IMG/VR virus record: IMGVR_UViG_3300025132_000049
Coordinates: 1-55,076 of that record
Direction: 5' to 3' (one strand)
Length of the DNA stretch: 55,076 nt
From: a virus
Taxonomy: Duplodnaviria; Caudoviricetes
In this document: piece after piece, positions 29,067-38,851 of the stretch
How the letters are laid out: every line of letters begins with the position of its first letter
Numbering within the stretch: position 1 is the stretch's first letter
Notes under the pieces: generated by a model
The model's database searches: none
What the model was told of the DNA's origin: nothing
The model's input: only the letters and a program-made list of their open reading frames with translations
Position numbers and translations under genes: made by a program

Positions 29067-30844
29067 TATTCTACACCTTCTTGTTCTATTCTTAGTTGGA
29101 GAATATCTCTTTTTTGTTCTATTAAACTTAACCTAGACCCGTCTAAGTCTACTGAGTCCATTGAAGGAGAAGCAGCCTTTCCACTTAATCGTTGCTCTAT
29201 ATTAGGTAATCTCGCTAATAAATCATCAACTAATTTCAATGCTGCATCATAATAGAAGAAGTATTCCTTTTTTTCATCCTTAAGATTTTCTGAGTATTTA
29301 AGTTCAAAAGACTTTTTAGCCTCTTCAAATATACTACTTGCTTTATTAGACAACTTTCTGAAATCGCTCACATTGAATCGTGAAGGGTCTTTCATAACCA
29401 AATGTCTTAGTTTCTTAATACTAGTCTTAGCACTTTGTAGATTTCTCATAGCATTCTTTAAATTAGTTTTACTAGTTATTTTCATTTTAGGATTAATTTC
29501 TTTAAGAGTACTTACTAATTCTTCATACTTAGGGGTAACAGAATCGTTATCCCTTAATTGATTTATTATGTCTGGATGGATGTTATTACGTTCTCCTGTT
29601 ATATTTTCTTGTAAATTATATAGAAACTGATTAGTTAATATACCATGAGTTTTAAGTCTAATCTTAGTTTCTCTAGTGATTTCTTCTTTACCTAACTCTT
29701 CTAATAATTTTAATAAAGCATTTTCTGCATCGTTAGGATAAGTTTTTCTTGAAGTTACTTCTTTTTCTTTAGGTGTAAATAACTGAACGATTTCTTCTTC
29801 ATAAGTAGGTAGTTTTAATTGCTTTATTGATTCAATTATTAATGGTTTTGTTACCTTACCTACCGGAGAGAGTATCATTGGTTTATCTTCACTACCTGTT
29901 TTAATTTTTAATTCTAATTCTGCTTTTCTTCTTTTCCTATTAGCATTACTTGCCTTTGTATTAATAGGTCGTTTGCCTATTTTCTTATACTGTTCTATTC
30001 TTTTCTTATATTCATCAAGGGTTCTAGGTTTCTTAGATACATTAGATTCATCCTTTAGTTTTTCTTCTGGTAATATAGGTTTATATTCAAATGTTCCTTT
30101 AAAAGCATTATTTAGAGTAGTCTTTGCTTTTTGATATTCAAGTATAGGATTCTCCGGTTTTTCTAATTCTTTTATTTTCTTACCATAACCTAATGATTCT
30201 AGTTTATTATTTCTATCTGCACGAAGTTTTTCTATATCTCCTTGTAAATCTTTTCTTTGGTCGTCTGCTTCTTTACCTTTAGCACCTTCTAACTCTTTTA
30301 TTTTACTGTTAATTTCAGATACTCGCTTCTTGTAATCTCTTTCTATTTTCTTAGAATCTTTTTCTTCAAGTGATAATAACTTATCTACTTTCTTATTCCA
30401 ATCAGCATCTATTTTTTCCCCCACTTGTTCTTGTAAAACATCTAATTGTTGTGAGTTCATCTCTTTAAATCTAGCAACACCATCATCATTTACTATTGCT
30501 GTTAATTTCTTAAGTCGCTCATATTGATTTGTTAAGGATTTGATTCTGTCGCTATGTAGAGAATATTCCTTTCCTTTAGCACTACCTTGACTTAATAATT
30601 CTTTTAATTCTTTTTCGGCTTGTTCTCTAACTTTATCAGAGCCTTTTCCGCTAAAATTAGTTATTGCTTTATCAATTTCTTCTATAATTGTAGCAGCAGG
30701 CACAGATAAATTATCATTTTCTTTGTTTAATGTACGTTTAACAGATGATAATATAGGATGAGCAACAGTATGTGCCTTTTGTATATCTTCTCCCTGTATT
30801 TCAACAGGTATTCTTAAGATATTCATAAAAGACATACTTACCAC
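29066..30844 (-). CDS. Large K/E-rich coiled-coil protein
   Basis: 592-aa ORF; the start SFMNILR resembles the tag with F/R substitutions. Confidence 0.6.
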   Translation of the reverse strand: MVSMSFMNILRIPVEIQGEDIQKAHTVAHPILSSVKRTLNKENDNLSVPAATIIEEIDKAITNFSGKGSDKVREQAEKELKELLSQGSAKGKEYSLHSDRIKSLTNQYERLKKLTAIVNDDGVARFKEMNSQQLDVLQEQVGEKIDADWNKKVDKLLSLEEKDSKKIERDYKKRVSEINSKIKELEGAKGKEADDQRKDLQGDIEKLRADRNNKLESLGYGKKIKELEKPENPILEYQKAKTTLNNAFKGTFEYKPILPEEKLKDESNVSKKPRTLDEYKKRIEQYKKIGKRPINTKASNANRKRRKAELELKIKTGSEDKPMILSPVGKVTKPLIIESIKQLKLPTYEEEIVQLFTPKEKEVTSRKTYPNDAENALLKLLEELGKEEITRETKIRLKTHGILTNQFLYNLQENITGERNNIHPDIINQLRDNDSVTPKYEELVSTLKEINPKMKITSKTNLKNAMRNLQSAKTSIKKLRHLVMKDPSRFNVSDFRKLSNKASSIFEEAKKSFELKYSENLKDEKKEYFFYYDAALKLVDDLLARLPNIEQRLSGKAASPSMDSVDLDGSRLSLIEQKRDILQLRIEQEGVE

Positions 30845-31050
30845 TTATTTTCACTTCTTCTCTTTTGTTTCTTTGGTAAACCGATATAATCTGGTATGTC
30901 AGACATACCCGGCTTATCTTTCTTTATGGTCTTTGGGTCTGGCCCAATATAATCAAGATTTCTATTCCTAGTAATCTTATGTTCACTTTTTTCTTTTCTT
31001 CTAGCGTTGGCTAATTCTTTCTCCAACTGTCTTACTGTTTTTTCACTCAT
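30838..31050 (-). CDS. Hypothetical basic protein
   Basis: Overlap-coupled ORF. Confidence 0.5.
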   Translation of the reverse strand: MSEKTVRQLEKELANARRKEKSEHKITRNRNLDYIGPDPKTIKKDKPGMSDIPDYIGLPKKQKRRSENKW

Positions 31051-31053
31051 TGT

Positions 31054-31803
31054 TTAAACCTTCCAAGTTAATTTTCTTAGTTGGTATATATTATACCAAT
31101 CAAGAGTTTTACGATTCTTCATAATTCTTTTTACAACCAATTCACTTTTAGTTAATTCTGCGTCTGGAGTGTTAAGTAATTTCATTGCATATTCATATTC
31201 CTCTTCGCCTAACTCTCTTTTAAGTTTTTTAAAGTAGAACGTATCACGCTTATTTCTTCTTTCATCATTATTTATTTTAGAATAGTGATGAGTATAGGGT
31301 AGACTACTCATATCCGATAACATATTATGACGAAGACTACCAGATGAATATTTACTTCTTTTAGCGGAACGGTCTATATTATTCCAAATCTCAGATACTA
31401 GATGTCGCAACCTAGGCTTATCTCTATCAAAGATTGCGTTTCCTGAATAGAAAAGTTTTTTCATACTAGTATTCAATTCTTCTGTACTTATTTTTTTTAA
31501 TTTATCAAATGTGGCAATTCTATCTATTTCATCCAGAAACATACCCGTTGTGAGATTACTGTAAGTAGCATTAGAAAACTTAAACTCAATAGAACCTTTC
31601 ATGTCAAGAGTTAGTGCCTCATAATGGTTGAAAATATTTCTTAATGCCGTGTGGTTAGCATCTGTCATCTCATCTTCTGTTAAGTATAAAACATTAAATC
31701 TATGACTTCTTTCATCAACAGGTTTGAGGAAACGATGTAAAAAAAGTATTAATTTAGTTGCTTCCGGCCATTCATTAGATGATTTTAATATTCCCATCCA
31801 CAT
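31054..31803 (-). CDS. Hypothetical protein with W-tag (MWMGILKS)
   Basis: Coupled to the portal stop (TAATG). Confidence 0.6.
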   Translation of the reverse strand: MWMGILKSSNEWPEATKLILFLHRFLKPVDERSHRFNVLYLTEDEMTDANHTALRNIFNHYEALTLDMKGSIEFKFSNATYSNLTTGMFLDEIDRIATFDKLKKISTEELNTSMKKLFYSGNAIFDRDKPRLRHLVSEIWNNIDRSAKRSKYSSGSLRHNMLSDMSSLPYTHHYSKINNDERRNKRDTFYFKKLKRELGEEEYEYAMKLLNTPDAELTKSELVVKRIMKNRKTLDWYNIYQLRKLTWKV

Positions 31804-33470
31804 TAACCAACCCTCCTCTCATTTCTTTTGTCTACATTTTGATTACCTGCTTCTTGAGGTAGACCTGTAAACCTTTTATCTGGCCCAACACTCATACTTG
31901 GTTTATTTCTTGTTTTAGGTGGCTCTGTTGCTTTAACAGATGCAGGTTGCCCCGCTTCTTCTTTAGTTGGTCTATTACCTTGTTCCATCATTTGACCTAA
32001 TTGTGATTGGTCTATGTTTGTACCTGCATAAGGGTCTGTTTCAAACTTTTCATCTTTGCCTTTTTCTTTACCCTGCATTTCTTCTGGTTTAGGTTTAGTA
32101 TATACAAATCTGCCTTCATCATCCATATCAACTTCAAACCCTAGATTCTTTATTGAACCTGCTATATTAACTTCCATTTCTCTCTTTCTTAATCTAGCAA
32201 TATCATCTTCTTCTTCTGACGGGGGCAGTTTAAGTTGCCAATCTGTTATTCCAAACTCATTTGTGATAAAGGGCAATACATATTCATTCCAAATAGTCTG
32301 AGCCATTTCTACGGCTCTATTAGTAACAAGTATCTGCATACCTTCGTTATTCAATCCACCACTTGCTGAATTATCAGACATAAATATTTTACTTACTCCA
32401 TAGAAAGCAGATATTCTATCTCTTAAATCATCTTTAACAGCAACATAATCCATTTCTTTAAGGCTATCCATAAACTTAATCCATTCAATAGAACCCTTAC
32501 CGTTTTCTGCTTCTATTCCCATTACAGGAATAAAATGAGGGTCTTGTTCCATCTTTTCTTTAACGCCTCTCCAAAAAGATTTCATCGAGTCAATATTTCT
32601 TGTCTGAACAGCCAATAGACCTCTAGGCATTCTACTCTTAGAATAAGAAGAATTAACATAATTTTCCATAGCAAGCAAAGTAGTAATGTTATTCCATAAA
32701 GTAAGTACAGGAGATAAACCATATAACCTACTAGGATTATATTTGCTAAAATGCAATACTTCTCCTTTAATATAATATTGCTCATGTCCATTTACTCTAT
32801 TAACATAATGAACAGGGTACATTGTGTCTCCACATATTTCACATTCACCTATTGCATCTTCTGTTATTTGGTCGCGGTGTTTAATACAAGTAAATCCAGA
32901 ATTACCTTTATCTCCTTTTTCATCTGAATAAATGTGCATAGTTACAGGGTCGCCACGATAGATTTCTTTTATTTTGTGCATCCTTATATTACCTGCATTA
33001 TCAATAAAGTATTCTTTAACTAAAATAATATAAGCATCATCCATTATATTCAAATCATCTTCTAATTCTTTTAGAACATCAATAAATAACTGCTCAGAAT
33101 TATTTACATATCTATCTAAAAACTTATGTGCATATTTTAATTGTGCTTTATCTGGCTTTTTTAGATTAGTTGAACCGCAATCAGAACATTCAGGCACAGC
33201 ACTCTTGTGTTCATTACCACAATCAGAACATTTACTTACAAACTTTTCATCCCAAGTATACCCTCTTCTGAATATCTCGTTTTTTAATTGGGTTGTGCAA
33301 GTTCTAACAATTACAGATGATTGAGCAACATGATAAAGTATAGGTGAAGTTATCATATAACTTGTATCTTTTTCTTGAATACCCGGATTAAATATTCTTC
33401 TATCTTCTGGTACAGGTGTACCTCTTCTAAATAGATTTGTTAAAGAGAATCTTCTTCTTGGTTCTACCAT
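31803..33470 (-). CDS. Portal protein (HK97 family) with zinc-ribbon insertions
   Basis: EVLHF...YGLSPV, MPRGLL and RISAFYGVS portal motifs; CSDC-x9-CSDC and CxxH...CEIC insertions. Confidence 0.88.
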   Translation of the reverse strand: MVEPRRRFSLTNLFRRGTPVPEDRRIFNPGIQEKDTSYMITSPILYHVAQSSVIVRTCTTQLKNEIFRRGYTWDEKFVSKCSDCGNEHKSAVPECSDCGSTNLKKPDKAQLKYAHKFLDRYVNNSEQLFIDVLKELEDDLNIMDDAYIILVKEYFIDNAGNIRMHKIKEIYRGDPVTMHIYSDEKGDKGNSGFTCIKHRDQITEDAIGECEICGDTMYPVHYVNRVNGHEQYYIKGEVLHFSKYNPSRLYGLSPVLTLWNNITTLLAMENYVNSSYSKSRMPRGLLAVQTRNIDSMKSFWRGVKEKMEQDPHFIPVMGIEAENGKGSIEWIKFMDSLKEMDYVAVKDDLRDRISAFYGVSKIFMSDNSASGGLNNEGMQILVTNRAVEMAQTIWNEYVLPFITNEFGITDWQLKLPPSEEEDDIARLRKREMEVNIAGSIKNLGFEVDMDDEGRFVYTKPKPEEMQGKEKGKDEKFETDPYAGTNIDQSQLGQMMEQGNRPTKEEAGQPASVKATEPPKTRNKPSMSVGPDKRFTGLPQEAGNQNVDKRNERRVG

Positions 33471-33474
33471 TTAC

Positions 33475-34764
33475 TTATACCTCCATTTTACTATTCTCTT
33501 CTAATTTGGTTATATTATCTATATCAATATCCCATTTATCCCAATCAAACTTTGTATTATCGCTATGATTATAGTATTTCATTAATTTAAATAACTCATC
33601 TTTTCTTTCTTTATACCAATCTTCTTTCTTATTTTCTTTCTTTATTTTAATTAATTCTAGTAAAGTATTAGCATTATTTCTTTTTAGTTTAAAGTGAGGT
33701 AAACATTTGGTTAATAGTTTCTTAATGTCTGCCCCTGAATAAAAGTTAAGTCTATTAATTAATCTAGTATCTTGAGGAGATTTTTGGTCTAAATGTAACC
33801 TACCCATACCTAATGATTTGTGCATCTCTAACATAAACGCTTTACCTCTATTACCTGTTGCTACTAATCCTACTCTTGGGTTATGATTTTTATCCATTGT
33901 AATATATCCATCAGAATCAATAAACGCAGCAGTATAAGCCCATATATTCTTTTTAATCTCATCATTTATTTTATAATAAGCCCCATCAATATTAGTTATA
34001 TTTTCTTCCTTTGCTAATTTTGCTATAATTTGTGGAGAACTTCTTTTAAGTAATTTAGATGGTAAAGATTCATATATTTCTCTTGAAGAAATGCCCGGAT
34101 TAACACATACTGAGTTAAGTATAGATTTCCTAATCTCATCTTTTGGTGAGGTACTTATAGTGGTTTCCTTCAATATAGCCTTAAATGCCTTTTTTTGGTT
34201 AGCCATCTCCTTAGTCAATTTAGAATACTCTTTACCATACTGCACATCTTTTCGCTCTAGGCTTGATTCCCAATATTTACATAACGCATCTACTGCCCTC
34301 CTACGTCTATCTTCATCCTTGATTAAGTATAACTTGAATAATTTGTTTTCGTCTAATACCATATCTTTTAGAGGAGTCTTATATTTTTTAATCCAATGAA
34401 TACTATCAACACACTTATTCAAGTGTTCAGTATATCCATCTATCAAATCATCAATAGATTTAGTAAACTCTACCTTACTATCCCCTTTCAAAGTCCTTCG
34501 ATATTTTCTCATCTTTTTAACAATATCTGGAACACTATATCCTTTGATAGTATATTTATTTGGATAACTAAATAATACCTCCTTTGCTTGAGTTAAATTA
34601 ATGTCTCTTTCTGATGCAAACAATTTAATTAATTCATCATCACTACGCAAAGGTTTATCATTTAACCAATCAGATAATTTGATTTCTTCAAGCATTTCTT
34701 CTGCTTCTTCTACATCTTCTACCTTATCCGCATAGTCTCTAACTGCCTCTGCTTTTTCACCCAT
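33475..34764 (-). CDS. LAGLIDADG endonuclease-domain protein with N-terminal helical and wHTH regions
   Basis: AYTAAFIDSDGYI and LPHFKLKR motifs; NPGISSREIYESL wHTH-like segment. Confidence 0.75.
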   Translation of the reverse strand: MGEKAEAVRDYADKVEDVEEAEEMLEEIKLSDWLNDKPLRSDDELIKLFASERDINLTQAKEVLFSYPNKYTIKGYSVPDIVKKMRKYRRTLKGDSKVEFTKSIDDLIDGYTEHLNKCVDSIHWIKKYKTPLKDMVLDENKLFKLYLIKDEDRRRRAVDALCKYWESSLERKDVQYGKEYSKLTKEMANQKKAFKAILKETTISTSPKDEIRKSILNSVCVNPGISSREIYESLPSKLLKRSSPQIIAKLAKEENITNIDGAYYKINDEIKKNIWAYTAAFIDSDGYITMDKNHNPRVGLVATGNRGKAFMLEMHKSLGMGRLHLDQKSPQDTRLINRLNFYSGADIKKLLTKCLPHFKLKRNNANTLLELIKIKKENKKEDWYKERKDELFKLMKYYNHSDNTKFDWDKWDIDIDNITKLEENSKMEV

Positions 34765-34775
34765 TATTTCACCTC

Positions 34776-36215
34776 CTAAAAATTAAGTCCTGATATACCC
34801 GAAGGCATTCCAATTTGAGCCGTAGTTGGCCCATCAAATATCTCCATATCATCTAAGAGTATAAACGATGCGGTTGGAGTCTGAGTAGCAGCATTGGCTA
34901 AAGCAAGAGCCATAACCAAATCGTCATGTGCGCCAACTCCTTCAAACTTACCCGATTCTGTGATAGAAAACATAGATAATTCTTCTATAATATTCATTGT
35001 CATCTTTCTACTGTTATTATCACCATAAGGTAGACTTATTTTGTTGTTTTCAAAGTTCATTTGTAGTCCCAATATGATTTCTTGCTTCTTTCTTCTAGTA
35101 GTATTGAAATCTCTAATGTTTAAATCAGTAACACTTCTCAATTCTTGAGTAAATGCCTTAGCAAACGTATTAGTTTCATAAAGTACGGCTTCTGGCTCAA
35201 ATATTTTACCAATTAACTGTAATTTTTGGATATTTTCTCTAAATTGCACATTTTTTGCTCTATCTATGTGAACAATAGACTTATTTTTGTTTTCATCCAC
35301 CTCTAAAACGCAAATTACATTGTAATCTCCATCTGTTGATATAGCAGGGTCTACTCCAACATAATATTTGTAGCCTTTTTCTTTTCTATGCCCTAATTTT
35401 AAGATTATATGCTCATTTTTAGCATTTTCAAGATGTTCTTGTCCAAATAATGCTGTACCTGTTGAAATTGGTATACAAAGATATTCTCTTGTAAACTTTA
35501 ATGACCCAATTTCTGCTTTTCTTTGCATTAGTGCTTCATAATCCCATCTTTCAGGCCAAAGAGGGTCATTATTAGAATCTAAACAAGGATATTTTCTAAC
35601 TGTATATGCACTATTCTCTTCTAACTGTGTAAATATATCAGTATAAGTAAAAGGAGTACCTATCATTCTAAGGTTAGCAGTATGGTGAAGTGTTGGTATC
35701 ATGTCTCCAAAGAACCAATCTGTAACTCTATTAATACCTGTCAAACTAAACTCTTTCAAAGGGTCGTCAATAATAATTTCTTGAGGGTGAAGTCCTCTAA
35801 TCTGAGAACCAACAGACCTTTCTAATATAGAATTACCATTAGTTAATGTAATGTTACCAATAGCCCATCCTCTTGATGGTCTAAACTTCTTTAATTGTGG
35901 TATGTTGAAATATCTGTCAATTTCTCTCATATGAACTAAAGTCTGCTTTTGATTAGAAGATATATATAGCATTTGAAAAGGTGGTTCTTTAAACACAAGA
36001 TTCCATACTACCCAACTGTGCATAAATACAGATTTTCCGTGGTCTCTTGAGCAAATAATTACTGTTCTATCTGTGTTTTCCATTGTTTCTAACCACTCTT
36101 GCATATATGGTGGAAACATTAGACCAAGGACATTCTGAAAAAAATATGGAAATGAGTTCTTAGATAACTCCATATCCATTTGATGAGTAAAATTATATTC
36201 ATTTAACTCAGACAT
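34776..36215 (-). CDS. terL: Terminase large subunit
   Basis: Walker A SRDHGKS, Walker B IIIDD, motif III GTP, RNase H-like GVDPA and HDDLVMALALA. Confidence 0.93.
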   Translation of the reverse strand: MSELNEYNFTHQMDMELSKNSFPYFFQNVLGLMFPPYMQEWLETMENTDRTVIICSRDHGKSVFMHSWVVWNLVFKEPPFQMLYISSNQKQTLVHMREIDRYFNIPQLKKFRPSRGWAIGNITLTNGNSILERSVGSQIRGLHPQEIIIDDPLKEFSLTGINRVTDWFFGDMIPTLHHTANLRMIGTPFTYTDIFTQLEENSAYTVRKYPCLDSNNDPLWPERWDYEALMQRKAEIGSLKFTREYLCIPISTGTALFGQEHLENAKNEHIILKLGHRKEKGYKYYVGVDPAISTDGDYNVICVLEVDENKNKSIVHIDRAKNVQFRENIQKLQLIGKIFEPEAVLYETNTFAKAFTQELRSVTDLNIRDFNTTRRKKQEIILGLQMNFENNKISLPYGDNNSRKMTMNIIEELSMFSITESGKFEGVGAHDDLVMALALANAATQTPTASFILLDDMEIFDGPTTAQIGMPSGISGLNF

Positions 36216-36216
36216 A

Positions 36217-36540
36217 TTAACTCCATTTTTTAGAATCTAACATAGTTAAATCTTCATTGCAGTCAATATATTTATCGTGTATTGCTTCTATCAATTCGTA
36301 TGCTTGCCCTATCATCTCATCGTGCATTGGAGCATTAGCATATTTTAACATTGCACTTTCACCGATACTAAGAATCCTTTCTATTTCTGGTACTAACTCA
36401 CTACATTCCTTTTGTTCAGAATATCTAGCCAACTCTATTAATGGGCTTTGAGCAAATGTTGTCATAATATCTTGTGCTAATACTCCACAACATTTGTTAT
36501 CTTCGGTCTTGACATTTTTTAACACATCTTTCCAACTCAT
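36217..36540 (-). CDS. W-tag protein (MSWKDVLK)
   Basis: ORF track; tag at the N-terminus. Confidence 0.65.
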   Translation of the reverse strand: MSWKDVLKNVKTEDNKCCGVLAQDIMTTFAQSPLIELARYSEQKECSELVPEIERILSIGESAMLKYANAPMHDEMIGQAYELIEAIHDKYIDCNEDLTMLDSKKWS

Positions 36541-36555
36541 TCTAAATCACAGTCC

Positions 36556-36975
36556 TTATCTTGCTTCTAGTAGGTAATCATATAATTCTTCTAAATCCTC
36601 TCTATAATGTTCTCCCCAACCTTGAGAAGCAATATAATATCCATCCATACCTGTATAAGACCCGATTCTTAATCCATTCTTACCTACATAATCTATTTCA
36701 TAACTAACTGTAATATCATCATCTTCGTCATGTGTATCAGAAGGGCTGATTATTAATTCTCCATTAGGATAATCAATGTATAAACTAAACTCAGAAGCAT
36801 CACGATAACCTTCAAAATCATCATCCCAATCCCCATTGGAAATTACTAATCGTTCATCTAAAAAATCTTTTAGTTTTTTACGAACTTCACGTATTAAATC
36901 AGTAATTGGCATATCCCAATCATTCTCGCTATAATCTATTCCATAACTATTTTTCAATATATCTTGCCAACTCAT
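36556..36975 (-). CDS. Acidic W-tag protein (MSWQDILK)
   Basis: ORF track; D/E/Y-rich. Confidence 0.65.
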   Translation of the reverse strand: MSWQDILKNSYGIDYSENDWDMPITDLIREVRKKLKDFLDERLVISNGDWDDDFEGYRDASEFSLYIDYPNGELIISPSDTHDEDDDITVSYEIDYVGKNGLRIGSYTGMDGYYIASQGWGEHYREDLEELYDYLLEAR

Positions 36976-36989
36976 ATTAATCTTTTCCT

Positions 36990-37166
36990 TTAGCCTTTAC
37001 GCGACATTTCTCTATATATATCTAACTTTTCTTTCATTAGTACAATTAGTTGTTCATGCAATTTGATTTTTTCATCTAGGTATTTAATTTTGACACGAAT
37101 ATCTGCATGAAATGCACCATCATCTCCATATCTTTCTCCTTTTACTATATCTATCCAACTCATCAT
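36990..37166 (-). CDS. W-tag coiled-coil protein (MMSWIDIVK)
   Basis: Start reassigned to the ATG after the GGGAGG RBS. Confidence 0.6.
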   Translation of the reverse strand: MMSWIDIVKGERYGDDGAFHADIRVKIKYLDEKIKLHEQLIVLMKEKLDIYREMSRKG

Positions 37167-37273
37167 TCTTCCTCCCAAAACTGTAAAAATAATCTATCTA
37201 ATCTAACTTTCTTTTTCTCTCTAAATGCTTCTTCAAACCCTTTTAATTGTGCTTCCCAATATTCCGTGTTCAT
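37163..37273 (-). CDS. 36-aa ORF missed by the track (MNTEYWEAQLKG...FWEEE)
   Basis: Overlaps both neighbours by ATGA and fills the gap exactly. Confidence 0.55.
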   Translation of the reverse strand: MNTEYWEAQLKGFEEAFREKKKVRLDRLFLQFWEEE

Positions 37274-37539
37274 TTCTTGCTCTGCTCTTTCATAAAATTA
37301 CGGCTTACTTGGCAACACAATCTTATTTTTTGTGTTGATTCCAAAAACCAAAAAGAATCTTTTTCCCAACCAAACTTGTTCTCTACATGATTACATAATT
37401 CACGTCTAGTCATATTTTGTAAATCATCATCAATACTAACATTAAGAATATCCCCTTTAGGATGCTCTAACATTTTGTCTAACCAAACGTAGACATTACC
37501 CATTAATGATATTAGTTTTCTAATTAACCATTGTTTCAT
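37270..37539 (-). CDS. Hypothetical protein
   Basis: ATGA-coupled ORF. Confidence 0.55.
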   Translation of the reverse strand: MKQWLIRKLISLMGNVYVWLDKMLEHPKGDILNVSIDDDLQNMTRRELCNHVENKFGWEKDSFWFLESTQKIRLCCQVSRNFMKEQSKK

Positions 37540-37739
37540 TTTTTATCTCTCCTAAATCCTTTTGGTATTATGTGGTGTTTTATCCTACCTTCACCCCTAC
37601 GTCTAGTACAAGTAGCGCACATAGTTACACCCTTTGATGAAGCAGATGGGGTTAATCTTTGTTTATGACAATACTCACAAAGTTTTCTGTCTTTACTTTC
37701 TTTCATTCTTGCCTTAACAAAATCGAACCAACTACTCAT
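37536..37739 (-). CDS. W-tag zinc-finger protein (MSSWFDFVK; CxxC...CxxC)
   Basis: CEYC and CATC motifs. Confidence 0.6.
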   Translation of the reverse strand: MSSWFDFVKARMKESKDRKLCEYCHKQRLTPSASSKGVTMCATCTRRRGEGRIKHHIIPKGFRRDKK

Positions 37740-38075
37740 TTATACCAACTCGTCTAATTTTTGTTTTACTAAAGGCCATAACATATCATTTACTTCCGAC
37801 CAACCAAAGTCAGATAAAGTATATCCCGCGTCTTCTAAGTCTCTAATAAAGTCTGGGTCTGTCTCTATTACTTGCCAAAGGTCATCAATGATTTCCTTTA
37901 TGTGTTCATAAATTGCTATTTTAGCATCACTAGGTATGGGATTACCAAGTGACATTTTAGTTAACTCTACTATAAGTTCCAAAGTATCTCCAAGATTTAT
38001 TATCATATTCTTTTGTAGTGAATTAAACACCCATTCGGTTGCTTCATCATTTTTTAATATTTTTTCCCAACTCAT
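37740..38075 (-). CDS. W-tag protein (MSWEKILK)
   Basis: GGTGA RBS. Confidence 0.65.
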   Translation of the reverse strand: MSWEKILKNDEATEWVFNSLQKNMIINLGDTLELIVELTKMSLGNPIPSDAKIAIYEHIKEIIDDLWQVIETDPDFIRDLEDAGYTLSDFGWSEVNDMLWPLVKQKLDELV

Positions 38076-38079
38076 GTTA

Positions 38080-38847
38080 TCACCCTTTTATTCTATTAGC
38101 AGAAGAATTAGATGACTCTCTATATGCTTGCTTATAAGATTCACCAATTTCTTTCATCTTTGGAATCATTTCACCCATTTTAGCATCTACAATCTCTTTA
38201 ACTTTACCTTCTAGTTCTTCTTGATTTAGTTCTTCTAAACCTTCTACCCAACCAGAAATAATAGAGTTTACCGTGTTTTCAAACTTTTTAATAAACTTAG
38301 GAACATATTTGTTAATAATAACTTCTTTTATTTTTGTGTTATCAGAGAACATATACTGCTCGGTTTTACTAGTACTCTGTGCATATACTTCATCTAAAAC
38401 TTGCCATTCTGCAAACTTTTTCACTTGTGTTAAAACGGGTTGGATAGATGAAATGGGTCTATTATATAATATATGGTTTGATACGTCTGATATATAATCA
38501 TTCATCACTATTATTGTCTCCTCGCTAAATTGTTTAGAGCCTTGTATATCTTTTACTGCTCTATGTGCGCTTTCATGTACAGCAGTATCAACAATTTGAT
38601 TTATTATATCTAATTCTATCTCCTCACTTAACTTATTATATTTGTCTAACCACTCTTTAGATTCGCCCCCTGTGATTGTATCTCCTATTCTATTTAAGTC
38701 AGAAAGCATTTCTGCACTAAGACCCAACTGCTCATTAGATAAATTAACCCAATCTTTATTTCTACCTCCTTCACTAAAACCACTAGTTTTCGGTCTTTCG
38801 GGAAAAAAACCAAAATTGGAATCTTTTAGAAGACTAAACCATTTCAT
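38080..38847 (-). CDS. W-tag protein with HExxH metallopeptidase-like motif
   Basis: MKWFSLLK; AVHESAHRAV with a downstream DEVYA glutamate. Confidence 0.6.
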   Translation of the reverse strand: MKWFSLLKDSNFGFFPERPKTSGFSEGGRNKDWVNLSNEQLGLSAEMLSDLNRIGDTITGGESKEWLDKYNKLSEEIELDIINQIVDTAVHESAHRAVKDIQGSKQFSEETIIVMNDYISDVSNHILYNRPISSIQPVLTQVKKFAEWQVLDEVYAQSTSKTEQYMFSDNTKIKEVIINKYVPKFIKKFENTVNSIISGWVEGLEELNQEELEGKVKEIVDAKMGEMIPKMKEIGESYKQAYRESSNSSANRIKG

Positions 38848-38851
38848 AATA

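Noticed and set aside
33475-36215. Group I intron or intein interrupting terL or portal
   Set aside because: Both genes appear intact, the LAGLIDADG ORF has its own RBS and stop, and no intein C/HN termini are seen.
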